Positions 41,199 to 49,081 of a stretch of 64,000 nucleotides of DNA are shown here, piece after piece. The stretch is from positions 149,638 to 213,637 of the forward strand of contig JBBIIG010000001.1 in the NCBI GenBank assembly GCA_037446635.1, written 5' to 3'. The notes below the pieces were generated by a model. That model saw nothing but the letters and a program-made list of their open reading frames with translations. It ran no database searches and was not told where the DNA came from. The position numbers and the translations under genes were made by a program. How positions within the stretch are numbered: position 1 is the first letter of the stretch; every line of letters begins with the position of its first letter. Source of the stretch: a bacterium. Its GTDB lineage: Bacteria; Zhuqueibacterota; Zhuqueibacteria; Oceanimicrobiales; Oceanimicrobiaceae.

Positions 41199-41348
41199 TC
41201 ATAAAAACATGAGACGAATTCCTAATTTTTTCATGCGGAAAGCAGGGTTCAGACAATTGATTCCGAGAATTTAGGCAGCACATCCAGACCGCTAACCCGG
41301 CGCGTGAAGTCGAGGGCTTTCAAATGTGCGGCGTTCCAATTCAGTCAA
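41199..41348 (-). pseudogene. Relic of the Fis-HTH 3' end of a sigma54 activator, paralogous to 45193-46614
   Basis: Across frameshifts reads LTELER / KALDFTRRVSG / AA*ILGIN...RMKKLGI, versus the intact LTEVER...[11 protein letters not shown]...AAQILGIN...RMKKLGI. Confidence 0.8.
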
Positions 41349-41377
41349 TTGGCACTACGAAGAAAATGGGCGGATCG

Positions 41378-41576
41378 TCATCGAGGGAAGAAACCAAAGT
41401 AATCATGGATGAATTTGAGCAAGTCATCGATGATGGCCTGCGCGGTGACTTCGCCTTTGTCGTAGCCGTATTATTAGTTGAGGAAACGATGCAGGAGCAA
41501 CCGGTGGAGACTCTTTGATTTAGATGATGACGTGTGGGAAAAGCCGGGTCCCATCTCGTGTTTGGTGCCGCGTCAT
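41378..41576 (-). pseudogene. Degraded gene fragment, tentatively a DUF1670-like N-terminus
   Basis: GGAG+ATG; KSKSLHRLLLHRFLN**YGYDKGEVTAQAIIDDLLKFIHDYF with in-frame stops; family call from recall only. Confidence 0.35.
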
Positions 41577-41665
41577 ATTTTTAACTCCATTTTGCTGCTT
41601 CTTTAGTATGAAACGCGGTAAAGTGACCGCTAACTAGCAGGCGCATGTGAAGCTAAACCTTTGCG

Positions 41666-42047
41666 TCAGTCCCAACTTTTAATCCGCAATGGAGCCAACT
41701 TCCAGCGTTCGTTTTCCACGAAGGCTGCCAAAGCGGTCAGAACGATGGTCATTGGCAGGGCGAAAAACTCACCACGAATGATATGGAGTATGGATGCGCT
41801 CGTCATAATGAACCCGAGGCCACCGGCAGCGACCGCTGTCAACTGTGGAAAAACCCCCGTGGCCGCTGGCACAATCAGTCCAATGGCAGCGAGCAACTCG
41901 CCGATGCCAATAAAACGCACCAATCCGGCCGGCACGTCGGCTACCCAGTGGATCGTCTTCGCCAGGAAGTCAAGTTGAAACGTCATCATGAAACCCGCTA
42001 TCAAGAAGAATCGCGAGGAAAGCCTGAGCAATCCACAAGAGCATATT
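41666..42047 (-). pseudogene. Frameshifted DoxX-like membrane protein
   Basis: NMLLWIAQAFLA in one frame continues as FFLIAGFM...LVRFIGIGELLAAIGLIVP in another. Confidence 0.7.
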
Positions 42048-42473
42048 CGAGTAGCTGCTGATTGGCAGATTGCTATCCTCAGAAATGAGTCTTACCTTAT
42101 CACCATCCTTAATTTTGGAGCCACCTCCGGTGACAATCAGGTCGCCTTCCTCAATCCCTTGCAGTATCCTCAAACCTTTTGAGGAAAAATCACTTATTTC
42201 GACGACTTGTCGTCGGGCAATTCCGAATCCCGGCTCGGTCGGTTCAATTAGGTACACGTAGGGGCCGCGGTAATCGGCATTAACTGCATGAGATGGAACA
42301 TAAATAGCTCCATCTTGCTCCTCGCTGGCAAATACTTTTTCATAATACACGGGATGAATGAGAGGTTGAGCCACCTTTTCCTCCTTCGTGCAAGAGCACA
42401 ATGTTACTGCTGTCAGGAAAGCCATAATGGCGGGCAGGAACCAAATACTATGGGATTGTAAATTCATTGTCAT
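41970..42473 (-). CDS. Internally deleted MFP-like lipoprotein running into the DoxX N-terminus (possibly a pseudogene)
   Basis: LCSC lipobox and PVYYEKV joined directly to IYVPSHAV...GIEEGDLIVTGG..KIKDGDKVRL. Confidence 0.6.
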   Translation of the reverse strand: MTMNLQSHSIWFLPAIMAFLTAVTLCSCTKEEKVAQPLIHPVYYEKVFASEEQDGAIYVPSHAVNADYRGPYVYLIEPTEPGFGIARRQVVEISDFSSKGLRILQGIEEGDLIVTGGGSKIKDGDKVRLISEDSNLPISSYSNMLLWIAQAFLAILLDSGFHDDVST

Positions 42474-42610
42474 TGTTGAGGTCCTCATTTTATTTTCTGT
42501 CATTAAACCTGGACGGCCAACTCTGATCTAGTCTTCCTCGTACCTTTTTTTGTATAAAACCATTGTCTCGTTGTGACTTTCTCAAAGAATGGCGCTGATA
42601 CCGGCCAGCG

Positions 42611-42802
42611 CTAATGTTTACTCACCAAGAAGCCGGACACAATAAATGCGATCACCACGAACATCAGGGCTTCATAGTGCGGGTTACTGAACCATGTGCA
42701 ACATCTGTCAAGCAGGCCCTGGAGTTTGCCATTTTGATCGAGCAAAGAGCGCATGATACCCATTACAATTGTCCAGCCAAACCAGCGTTTGATACTTCGC
42801 AT
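42611..42802 (-). CDS. Small membrane hypothetical protein
   Basis: AAGGAG upstream of MRSIKRW; C-terminal hydrophobic segment. Confidence 0.4.
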   Translation of the reverse strand: MRSIKRWFGWTIVMGIMRSLLDQNGKLQGLLDRCCTWFSNPHYEALMFVVIAFIVSGFLVSKH

Positions 42803-42873
42803 GTAAAATCTCCTTTCACTCAACTTTTGACATCAAGATTAATTCTCCACCCTTACGAAAGCCAGGATTCCAA

Positions 42874-43422
42874 TCAGATCGTCGGCGGAAACTTTGCGAG
42901 AATTTCGACAATGGCTTCATCGAGTTTTCTATTAAGCGCTTTGGCTGATGCGTTCGGATCGAGCGTTCCAATCGCGACGCCACGCCACACCAACTGTTTA
43001 GTACGGGCATCGATGATGTCGAGGATCAACGTCCCTTCTTTGAATTGATGGACATCAACGCGGTCGCCACCAAACCACCGGCCAAAGCGTCCATGACCAT
43101 ACCCCCAATCCGTGACATCGATCCTGTCTTGCGCGCCCACGTGATAAGCGACCAGGAAGTCCGGGCTGGTTGCATCCTTGGTGAATCCTTTGGCGGCCAA
43201 ATGGCGATCAGCGGATTGTTTGATGCGCTTGTCCAACAGGCTGTTACTCTGCAAGGCAGCTTCCACGCTGCCTGTGCCGTTGATTGGCGCAGACATCCAG
43301 GCGTAGGTTTTGAAGGCCGCAAAGTTGGCTTCACTGTCATAGTCATGCTTGACGCTCACGGGTGAACAACCGATGGCCAACGCCAGCAGACTTAGGGTCA
43401 GAGACAGAACTGTGGTTTTCAT
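42874..43422 (-). CDS. DUF4136 family lipoprotein
   Basis: IGC lipobox, DYDSEANFAAFKTYAW, EGTLILDIIDARTKQLVWRG. Confidence 0.88.
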   Translation of the reverse strand: MKTTVLSLTLSLLALAIGCSPVSVKHDYDSEANFAAFKTYAWMSAPINGTGSVEAALQSNSLLDKRIKQSADRHLAAKGFTKDATSPDFLVAYHVGAQDRIDVTDWGYGHGRFGRWFGGDRVDVHQFKEGTLILDIIDARTKQLVWRGVAIGTLDPNASAKALNRKLDEAIVEILAKFPPTI

Positions 43423-43438
43423 ATAAGACTCCCCTGTT

Positions 43439-43999
43439 TCAATGAATCGCCTGGCTTGCCGGAGGTGTGCGGTATTTAACCAGGCGGACTTGCGTTCCCT
43501 TTCTGCGTTCAGAGGCAAAGTAAACCTGATCCATCACTAAGATCATCAGTAGGACGCCGCAATCTCCTTGCTGCAGTCTTGAAAGAAGCCTCCTGGCGTT
43601 TCGCTTTTTGTACTGCTTGTGATAAAAGCCTTGACCTTGATCACTCACTGCCACCGTCAGCTTTTGATTGTCAATTGTTATCCGAAGGTGAAGACGCTTG
43701 CTCTCGTCTTTAGTCTGTAGGTGTTTAATCGCCTTCACGCAGGCCTGCTCAACCGCAACCTCAATATCTATCACCGCCGTTTCGTCAAAACCCGCTTTTT
43801 GAGAAATCGTGGCGACGAAGCTGCGAATTGGTTCCAGATTTTCGGTATGGCTCGGGATTGTCAGCTCATAAACGTCCCCCATATTGGCTAAGCCAGTCAC
43901 TGTCTTTGAGAGATCATTGGGCGCGCTCGCAAGAACATCTGTGGAAACGTCACTTGCATTCGCCACAAAGCCCCTGAGTGTAGTTTGATTTTGAAACAT
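43439..43999 (-). CDS. RsbW-like anti-sigma factor (HATPase_c), degenerate
   Basis: IRSFV...DIEVAVEQACVKAIKH, VSDQGQGF, G..LM...MDQV, GTQVRLVK. Confidence 0.75.
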   Translation of the reverse strand: MFQNQTTLRGFVANASDVSTDVLASAPNDLSKTVTGLANMGDVYELTIPSHTENLEPIRSFVATISQKAGFDETAVIDIEVAVEQACVKAIKHLQTKDESKRLHLRITIDNQKLTVAVSDQGQGFYHKQYKKRNARRLLSRLQQGDCGVLLMILVMDQVYFASERRKGTQVRLVKYRTPPASQAIH

Positions 44000-44141
44000 C
44001 GCTTTTTCCTTTCCAAGTACATAACTTGAGCGTAAACGGCCTGATAAGCAAAGCGGAAGATGAAGTTTGATTGCAGAACAGACGTCGGAATTACCGATCA
44101 TAGCAAATGTACCTCTGCTTGCCAGTCCGCCATATTGGGCG

Positions 44142-44606
44142 TCAAGTCCTTTCTTCTATCAGCCATTCCATTACTCCTTCTCTCCCTTGCACGCGCTGTA
44201 TGCGTTGCTCTGAATGTGCTTTCTGCCGTCCATCCAAGCTCAACGCGCCAGCGCCGAAGTAAGAGATGAGAAGCGCAGCACCCAACATAGAGAGATTCTT
44301 CATAAACATCACCTGATGCATCTGGGCCAACATGCTATCCTGTACAGCCCAGAAGTTGTGCATCATCACCGTGACCGGCAACAGGAACAATACCAGTAGC
44401 GACGCGCCCAATTTGGCTTTATAACCGAGGGCGATGCTGAGACCTCCCAAGAGTGCGATCACTCCGGAGAGCGGAACTGCCATCGAAGCCAATGGGATTC
44501 CCTGTGCTGCTGCATGTTCAATTGTCTGCTTCGAAAAAAGGCTGATGCCGGCCATCATGAAGATGAGCGAGAAGAAAATTCTTCCAATCAGTACTGTGTA
44601 CTTCAT
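44142..44606 (-). CDS. DoxX family membrane protein
   Basis: LIGRIFFSLIF, HNFW, MFMKNLSMLGAAL, GAGALSLD. Confidence 0.9.
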   Translation of the reverse strand: MKYTVLIGRIFFSLIFMMAGISLFSKQTIEHAAAQGIPLASMAVPLSGVIALLGGLSIALGYKAKLGASLLVLFLLPVTVMMHNFWAVQDSMLAQMHQVMFMKNLSMLGAALLISYFGAGALSLDGRQKAHSEQRIQRVQGREGVMEWLIEERT

Positions 44607-44622
44607 TGTTGTAATCTCCTTG

Positions 44623-44982
44623 TTAGCTTCTTGAAGGAGACAATCGGTCTCCTTCTTTTTTAGTGATCAGTTTCCGAATAATGCTTTCGACCTCAACGCG
44701 CGGAAACGTGCCCGCCAACGACTCAACCAGTTTTCCATCCCGGAAAAAAAGAATCGTCGGGCTAGTAAAAATTCGAAAGCGTTCGGCGGTTTTTGGGTTT
44801 TCACGCGTATTGATGCGGCAGAACTTCACCCGTTGGTTATACTGTTCGTCCAGTTTCACCAAACCCGGTTCGATGAGATAGCGGTTACTGAAATTCTCAT
44901 CGTAAAATATGACCAATACAATTCTGCCCGGAGCCACAAGCTCAGCATCAAAATTTCGGTCTGTCAATGCCTTCGAAGCCAT
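44623..44982 (-). CDS. Thioredoxin-fold protein lacking CXXC
   Basis: LTDRNFDAEL, VLVIFY, cis-Pro SPTILFFRDGK; the active-site position reads DENFSNR. Confidence 0.8.
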   Translation of the reverse strand: MASKALTDRNFDAELVAPGRIVLVIFYDENFSNRYLIEPGLVKLDEQYNQRVKFCRINTRENPKTAERFRIFTSPTILFFRDGKLVESLAGTFPRVEVESIIRKLITKKEGDRLSPSRS

Positions 44983-45043
44983 TCGAATCACCCCACGTTG
45001 GTTACCATCTGCTGACTTTTGTTAATCACTCGCCATATCAGAT

Positions 45044-45059
45044 ATCAATTGATGTGCCA
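45044..45059 (-). promoter_or_regulatory. Sigma54-like -24/-12 promoter (copy B)
   Basis: TGGCACATCAATTGAT. Confidence 0.6.
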
Positions 45060-45167
45060 ACGGTATTTTTGGGAGATTGTAGCCGATGTAAGTAGCTTTT
45101 CCTACATGATGTTGCGGGATAAATCAAAAAAGGGAAGCAAGGAGGGAAGACAGCAAGTTTTTATGAA

Positions 45168-45188
45168 ATATCAAAAATTTTATGACAC
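45168..45188. promoter_or_regulatory. Candidate upstream activator site (copy B)
   Basis: ATATCAAAAATTTTATGACAC; same 109-bp offset from the TGGCAC box as copy A. Confidence 0.6.
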
Positions 45189-45192
45189 CTCA

Positions 45193-46614
45193 TCATTCGT
45201 TTGATGCAACACGTTGAATCCCCAATTTCTTCATGCGGGAAACCAAAGTTTGGGGATTGATTCCGAGGATTTGAGCAGCGCCATTCGGACCACTGACACG
45301 CCAGCGTGTGGAATCCAGCACCTGCAAGATGTGAGCACGTTCCACTTCCGTCAAGGTGCGATGTCGCTTCTCATCTTCTCTCTGCGATTCGCCCCGAAAC
45401 CAATTGCCGATTTCGAGCCGATTGCCATGAGACAGTATCACGCCGCGTTCGATGATATTTTCCAACTCACGAATATTGCCGGGCCAATTGTAATTCTCCA
45501 AAGTAGACAAAACACTGCGGGGGATGACTTTGATTTCCCGTCCAATTTTCTTGGCGTATTTCCGGACAAAGTAATCCACCAGCAGCGGGATGTCTTCCCG
45601 TCTTTCGCAGAGCGGCGGGACATGGATGGGAAAAACGTTCAGGCGATAGAACAGATCTTCGCGGAAGGTCTTTTCGGCAACAGCCTTTTCCAGGTCGCGG
45701 TTGGTTGCCGCAATGATACGCACATCGGTGCTTAACGTTTGGGTGCCACCGAGACGTTCAAACTCACTGCTTTGGATTACCCGCAGTAATTTGACCTGCA
45801 TCTCAACCGGCAGTTCGCCGATTTCATCAAGAAAGATCGTGCCGCCGTTTGCCAGCTCGAAGCGCCCAACCTTGGATTTCAGCGCGCCAGTAAAAGCACC
45901 CTTTTCATGGCCGAAAAGCTCGCTTTCGATCAGGCTGGCTGGAAGCGCCGCACAGTTGACCTTAACCAAAGGGCGGTTATGACGCAAGCTAATGTTATGG
46001 ATGGCGCGCGCGATGAGCTCTTTGCCGGTGCCAGTTTCGCCCTGGATGAGAACGGTCGCGTCCGTCTCCGCGACGTGCTCGACCGCGTGCAGCACCTCTT
46101 GAATCCGACGGCTCTTACCGATAATCGCTTCAAAATTGTGCGTGAGCTTGATCTCCTGCTGCAAATAAACATTTTCCTCCTGCAGACGATTTTTTAACTG
46201 CTCTATTTCATTGAATGCTTTTTTTAGAGCTGCTTCAGCCTGGCGCCGTTCGGTGATGTCGCGCGCAAACCAGCAAACATATTCCTGGTTTTCGAATTCG
46301 ACCAGACTACCCGCGACTTCAACAGGAAGCTCCCGACCGTCCCTGGTCTCAATGGTTCGCTCGAATCGCACAGTACCATGCTGTCTCATATTCTCCCGAA
46401 GTTCCTCGACATAGGCGGGATCGAGTCCAAAGCCAAGTTCTGGCGGCTTTTTACCTACCATCTCCTCCGGCGCATAACCAACCATTCGGCAGGTTGCATC
46501 GTTGACGCGACGTATCGTATCTTCGGAGTCGATCCAGAGAATAGCGTCAGGATCTTTTTCGATGGTAAAGTGGGAAAGAAGTATGGTCCTTTCGAATTCT
46601 TTTGAGGCTTCCAT
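45193..46614 (-). CDS. PAS-domain sigma54-dependent transcriptional activator (FhlA/NtrC-type AAA+ with Fis HTH)
   Basis: PAS ending [45 protein letters not shown]. Confidence 0.95.
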   Translation of the reverse strand: MEASKEFERTILLSHFTIEKDPDAILWIDSEDTIRRVNDATCRMVGYAPEEMVGKKPPELGFGLDPAYVEELRENMRQHGTVRFERTIETRDGRELPVEVAGSLVEFENQEYVCWFARDITERRQAEAALKKAFNEIEQLKNRLQEENVYLQQEIKLTHNFEAIIGKSRRIQEVLHAVEHVAETDATVLIQGETGTGKELIARAIHNISLRHNRPLVKVNCAALPASLIESELFGHEKGAFTGALKSKVGRFELANGGTIFLDEIGELPVEMQVKLLRVIQSSEFERLGGTQTLSTDVRIIAATNRDLEKAVAEKTFREDLFYRLNVFPIHVPPLCERREDIPLLVDYFVRKYAKKIGREIKVIPRSVLSTLENYNWPGNIRELENIIERGVILSHGNRLEIGNWFRGESQREDEKRHRTLTEVERAHILQVLDSTRWRVSGPNGAAQILGINPQTLVSRMKKLGIQRVASNE

Positions 46615-47257
46615 AATTGGTTCCTACCTTCAAATTTTTTGGCAATTCTTACGGATTTCTGCGGTGCAACCTATGCCGTGGATGGTATGAGATCGTTTCT
46701 CCCGTCGCAACGAGAGATGTTCTCGCTATGATCAAATATACGAAAGCCGGTTCTCAAATCAAGCACATTTATTTAAATGGCAGGATAAGAACGACGGCCC
46801 AGGGCGAGTAACGTCATCCCACAATATTTTTGAGAAATCGAATCCGTTCTCTTGCCTTTTCCCAAAGCCCAGAACGCCTAAAATGCAGTCACTGGAAATG
46901 AGCAAAAGGATCCAAGCAACTTTGACTTCTGTCTTCTGACAACCCGTCTTGACATGAGCGCTGATTCTATTAGGTCAACAAAGTTTCCCAAGACGACTTT
47001 GCGTAGTAAAGCCCGCTACAGACTATTGGGAAATCGATCCAGGAAAGCCACACCGTGTTACTCGCCGAATCGTCGAGCAGATAAACCGGCTAAATACTTC
47101 GGCATCACCCTCCCAAGGCAGACAGAGGAACTCCCGCAGACTGGAGGGTCCGAGGGCAACAGATTGTTGACTTCTGACTGGAGGCACGACCGGTTACGCT
47201 CGGCGCCAGTTGCTACTGGTGGGGCTGAGTCTCCTAAAAATAGAAAGCCATAAATGT

Positions 47258-47458
47258 TCAGACACTATTGATGTTAGCCACTAACACCTTTTCATCTATC
47301 CCAACCACCTCGGCCAACTTACGCACATGTTTCCTCCTCGGCACCACCCTATCCAGTTCCCAATGGACGACGGACATTTCGTTGACGCCAAGAAGGTTCG
47401 CCAGTTGCACCTGGGAAAGGCCTTGTTCCTGACGGAATCTTTTGATATATTGCCCCAA
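47258..47458 (-). CDS. XRE-family helix-turn-helix protein (frame open upstream to 47566; true start uncertain)
   Basis: LGQYIKRFRQEQGLSQVQLANLLGVNEMSVVHWE. Confidence 0.8.
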   Translation of the reverse strand: MGQYIKRFRQEQGLSQVQLANLLGVNEMSVVHWELDRVVPRRKHVRKLAEVVGIDEKVLVANINSV

Positions 47459-47544
47459 TGTCTTTGCTTCGATAGGCTGAATGGGTTCGACCTTAGGAAT
47501 GCGGAAGCTGATTTTGAAGCACTTTTGGTATTTGTTAATGGGAG

Positions 47545-48042
47545 ATGAACGGGTGCCCGTGCGGGTTTAATGGCGATCCTCACAATGAATGCTCGTGCAC
47601 GCCGCCGCAGATCCAAAAATACCTGGCCAAAGTTTCCGGGCCGCTTTTGGATCGCATCGATATTCACATCGAGGTACCGGCGGTGCGGTATAAAGAACTG
47701 GCCAGCGACATTTCTGGGGAAAACTCTGCTACGATCCGTGAACGCGTCAAGCGGGCTCGAGAGCTCCAACTCAAACGCTTTCAGTCAAGGAAGAATCTCT
47801 TCTGCAACGCGCGGATGGAATCGAAAGAAATTCGTCATTACTGCAAAATTGATGAACAGGGCCACGAATTGTTGAAAATGGCGATCACGAAATTAGGGTT
47901 GTCGGCGCGCGCCTATGATCGCATTCTCAAAGTCTCGCGCACCATTGCCGATCTCGAAGGCTCCGAAGAAATACGCCCGGAGTGTGTCAGCGAGGCGATT
48001 CAGTATCGCAGTTTGGATCGAGAATTGAGGACGGGATTTTGA
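47545..48042 (+). pseudogene. comM: comM 3' fragment (165 codons, open frame); right copy of the direct repeat
   Basis: MNGCPCG...ELRTGF; 10 amino-acid differences from residues 349-513 of the intact gene by manual alignment. Confidence 0.93.
47549..47560. other. Putative att junction: 5-bp dyad around a central TG
   Basis: ACGGG-TG-CCCGT, versus ACCCC-TG-CCCGT in the intact comM. Confidence 0.6.
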
Positions 48043-48208
48043 AGCGCCAAACGTTTCCGCAAAAAGTTGGCTGGCACCGGGTAACCATTCCGGAGTAAAC
48101 CCAACCGAAATCTGCTAAGCTTAAGGGAATGAATCTCGACCCTGCTACCTATATTGCGCTTCAACGAGTTATTAAGTGGATTTAGTTGAATTTTTGCCAA
48201 CTGAAATA

Positions 48209-48238
48209 AAACAAGCCCTTTCAATGAAGGGCTTGTTT
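48209..48238. terminator. Probable bidirectional intrinsic terminator
   Basis: AAACAAGCCCTT-TCAATG-AAGGGCTTGTTT. Confidence 0.75.
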
Positions 48239-48521
48239 CGGGTGAATATCGCGATTGATGTGTCCGATCATTCCGCCGGGCTAATATAGCACGGGGCTTC
48301 CTCGCCTAACCAATATGGCTTCAGATCAGAAGGGATGATGCCTAACCTTCGTCATCACCATTATCGTCATCGCCATCATCGTCCTCGTCTTCTCCCGCAT
48401 CATCGCAGACCTGAAGGTTGCGCGTTCTGAATTCGTCGGCGCTTACCATCAGGAACCTTTGTTTCAGCCGTAAGTATTAGATCACAGCATATTACTCATT
48501 TAAAAAATGAAGGGGTGTCAA

Positions 48522-48707
48522 ATGATTGTTGTAAATGTGAAAAAGGGAGAATCGTTAGACCACGCTCTCAAACGCTTCAAGCAGCAGTGTCAACGAGCGG
48601 GCATTCAAAAAGATCTGAAAAAGGTGAGTTTCTATCTCAAGCCAAGCGAACGCAGAAAAATCGCGCGGCGTTTGGCGAGTCGTCGGCATCGCAAGAACGA
48701 GGATTAA
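48522..48707 (+). CDS. rpsU: 30S ribosomal protein bS21
   Basis: VKKGESLDHALKRFK, FYLKPSERR; basic, 61 aa. Confidence 0.9.
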   Translation: MIVVNVKKGESLDHALKRFKQQCQRAGIQKDLKKVSFYLKPSERRKIARRLASRRHRKNED

Positions 48708-48730
48708 CTGATTTACCGCGTTGATAAAAA

Positions 48731-48920
48731 TAAATCCCTGCATCTCAGTGTGGTGTGATCGAAAAGAACTCCGACCAACACGGTGGGCACCGCCTGAACG
48801 TTTTTTGCGTCCACTACCCTAAAGGGTGAGGCATGCAATACGCGCCCAGAGCTGAGTTCCCATATTAAAGGTGTTAGCTCTTTTTAATTAAAGGCCACAC
48901 CAAGTATGCAGGGATTTTCT
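48731..48920 (-). ncRNA. ssrS: 6S RNA-like long rod-shaped RNA
   Basis: Terminal 12-bp pairing AAATCCCTGCAT/ATGCAGGGATTT plus TGGTGTG/CACACCA; ~190 nt; A/U-rich bubble; GCGGTGCCCACC; dedicated promoter. Confidence 0.75.
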
Positions 48921-48927
48921 GAGGTGC

Positions 48928-48956
48928 ATGTTAATAAAATTCCCCAAAAAAGTCAA
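48928..48956 (-). promoter_or_regulatory. Sigma70-type promoter of the 6S-like RNA
   Basis: TTGACT-N17-TAACAT, placing +1 at ~48920. Confidence 0.7.
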
Positions 48957-49081
48957 GGGGAAAATCCCGCGATTTTTTCTCTCGAAAATATCTTAGTCGT
49001 CGGTTTTCACACTTCCGAAAAATAGTTGATTTTGATCCCACAAATCTTTAAGTTAGCTCGCATCTTGTTTGAAACAGGGCC

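Larger units (their letters stand above)
21987..47553. mobile_element. comM-associated genomic island (~25.5 kb) with no recognisable integrase
   Basis: Flanked by duplicated comM 3' ends; att-like dyad and XRE HTH at the right end; all recognised genes on the minus strand; mosaic base composition; several pseudogenes. Confidence 0.85.

Noticed and set aside
41324..41518. Plus-strand 64-aa ORF
   Set aside because: Overlaps minus-strand pseudogene relics; no supporting signal.
46620..47257. ORF 46954-47253 and surrounding DNA as an integrase remnant
   Set aside because: No recombinase motif recognisable by eye; looks non-coding or decayed. A six-frame HMM search is needed to exclude it fully.
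21489..48042. comM repeat pair as a diversity-generating retroelement TR/VR
   Set aside because: Differences are mostly synonymous third-position changes, not adenine-specific, and no reverse transcriptase is present.
47545..48042. comM fragment as an independently expressed C-terminal protein
   Set aside because: GGGAG abuts the ATG with no spacing and I see no promoter; the open frame is explained by recent descent from a functional allele. Not fully excluded.
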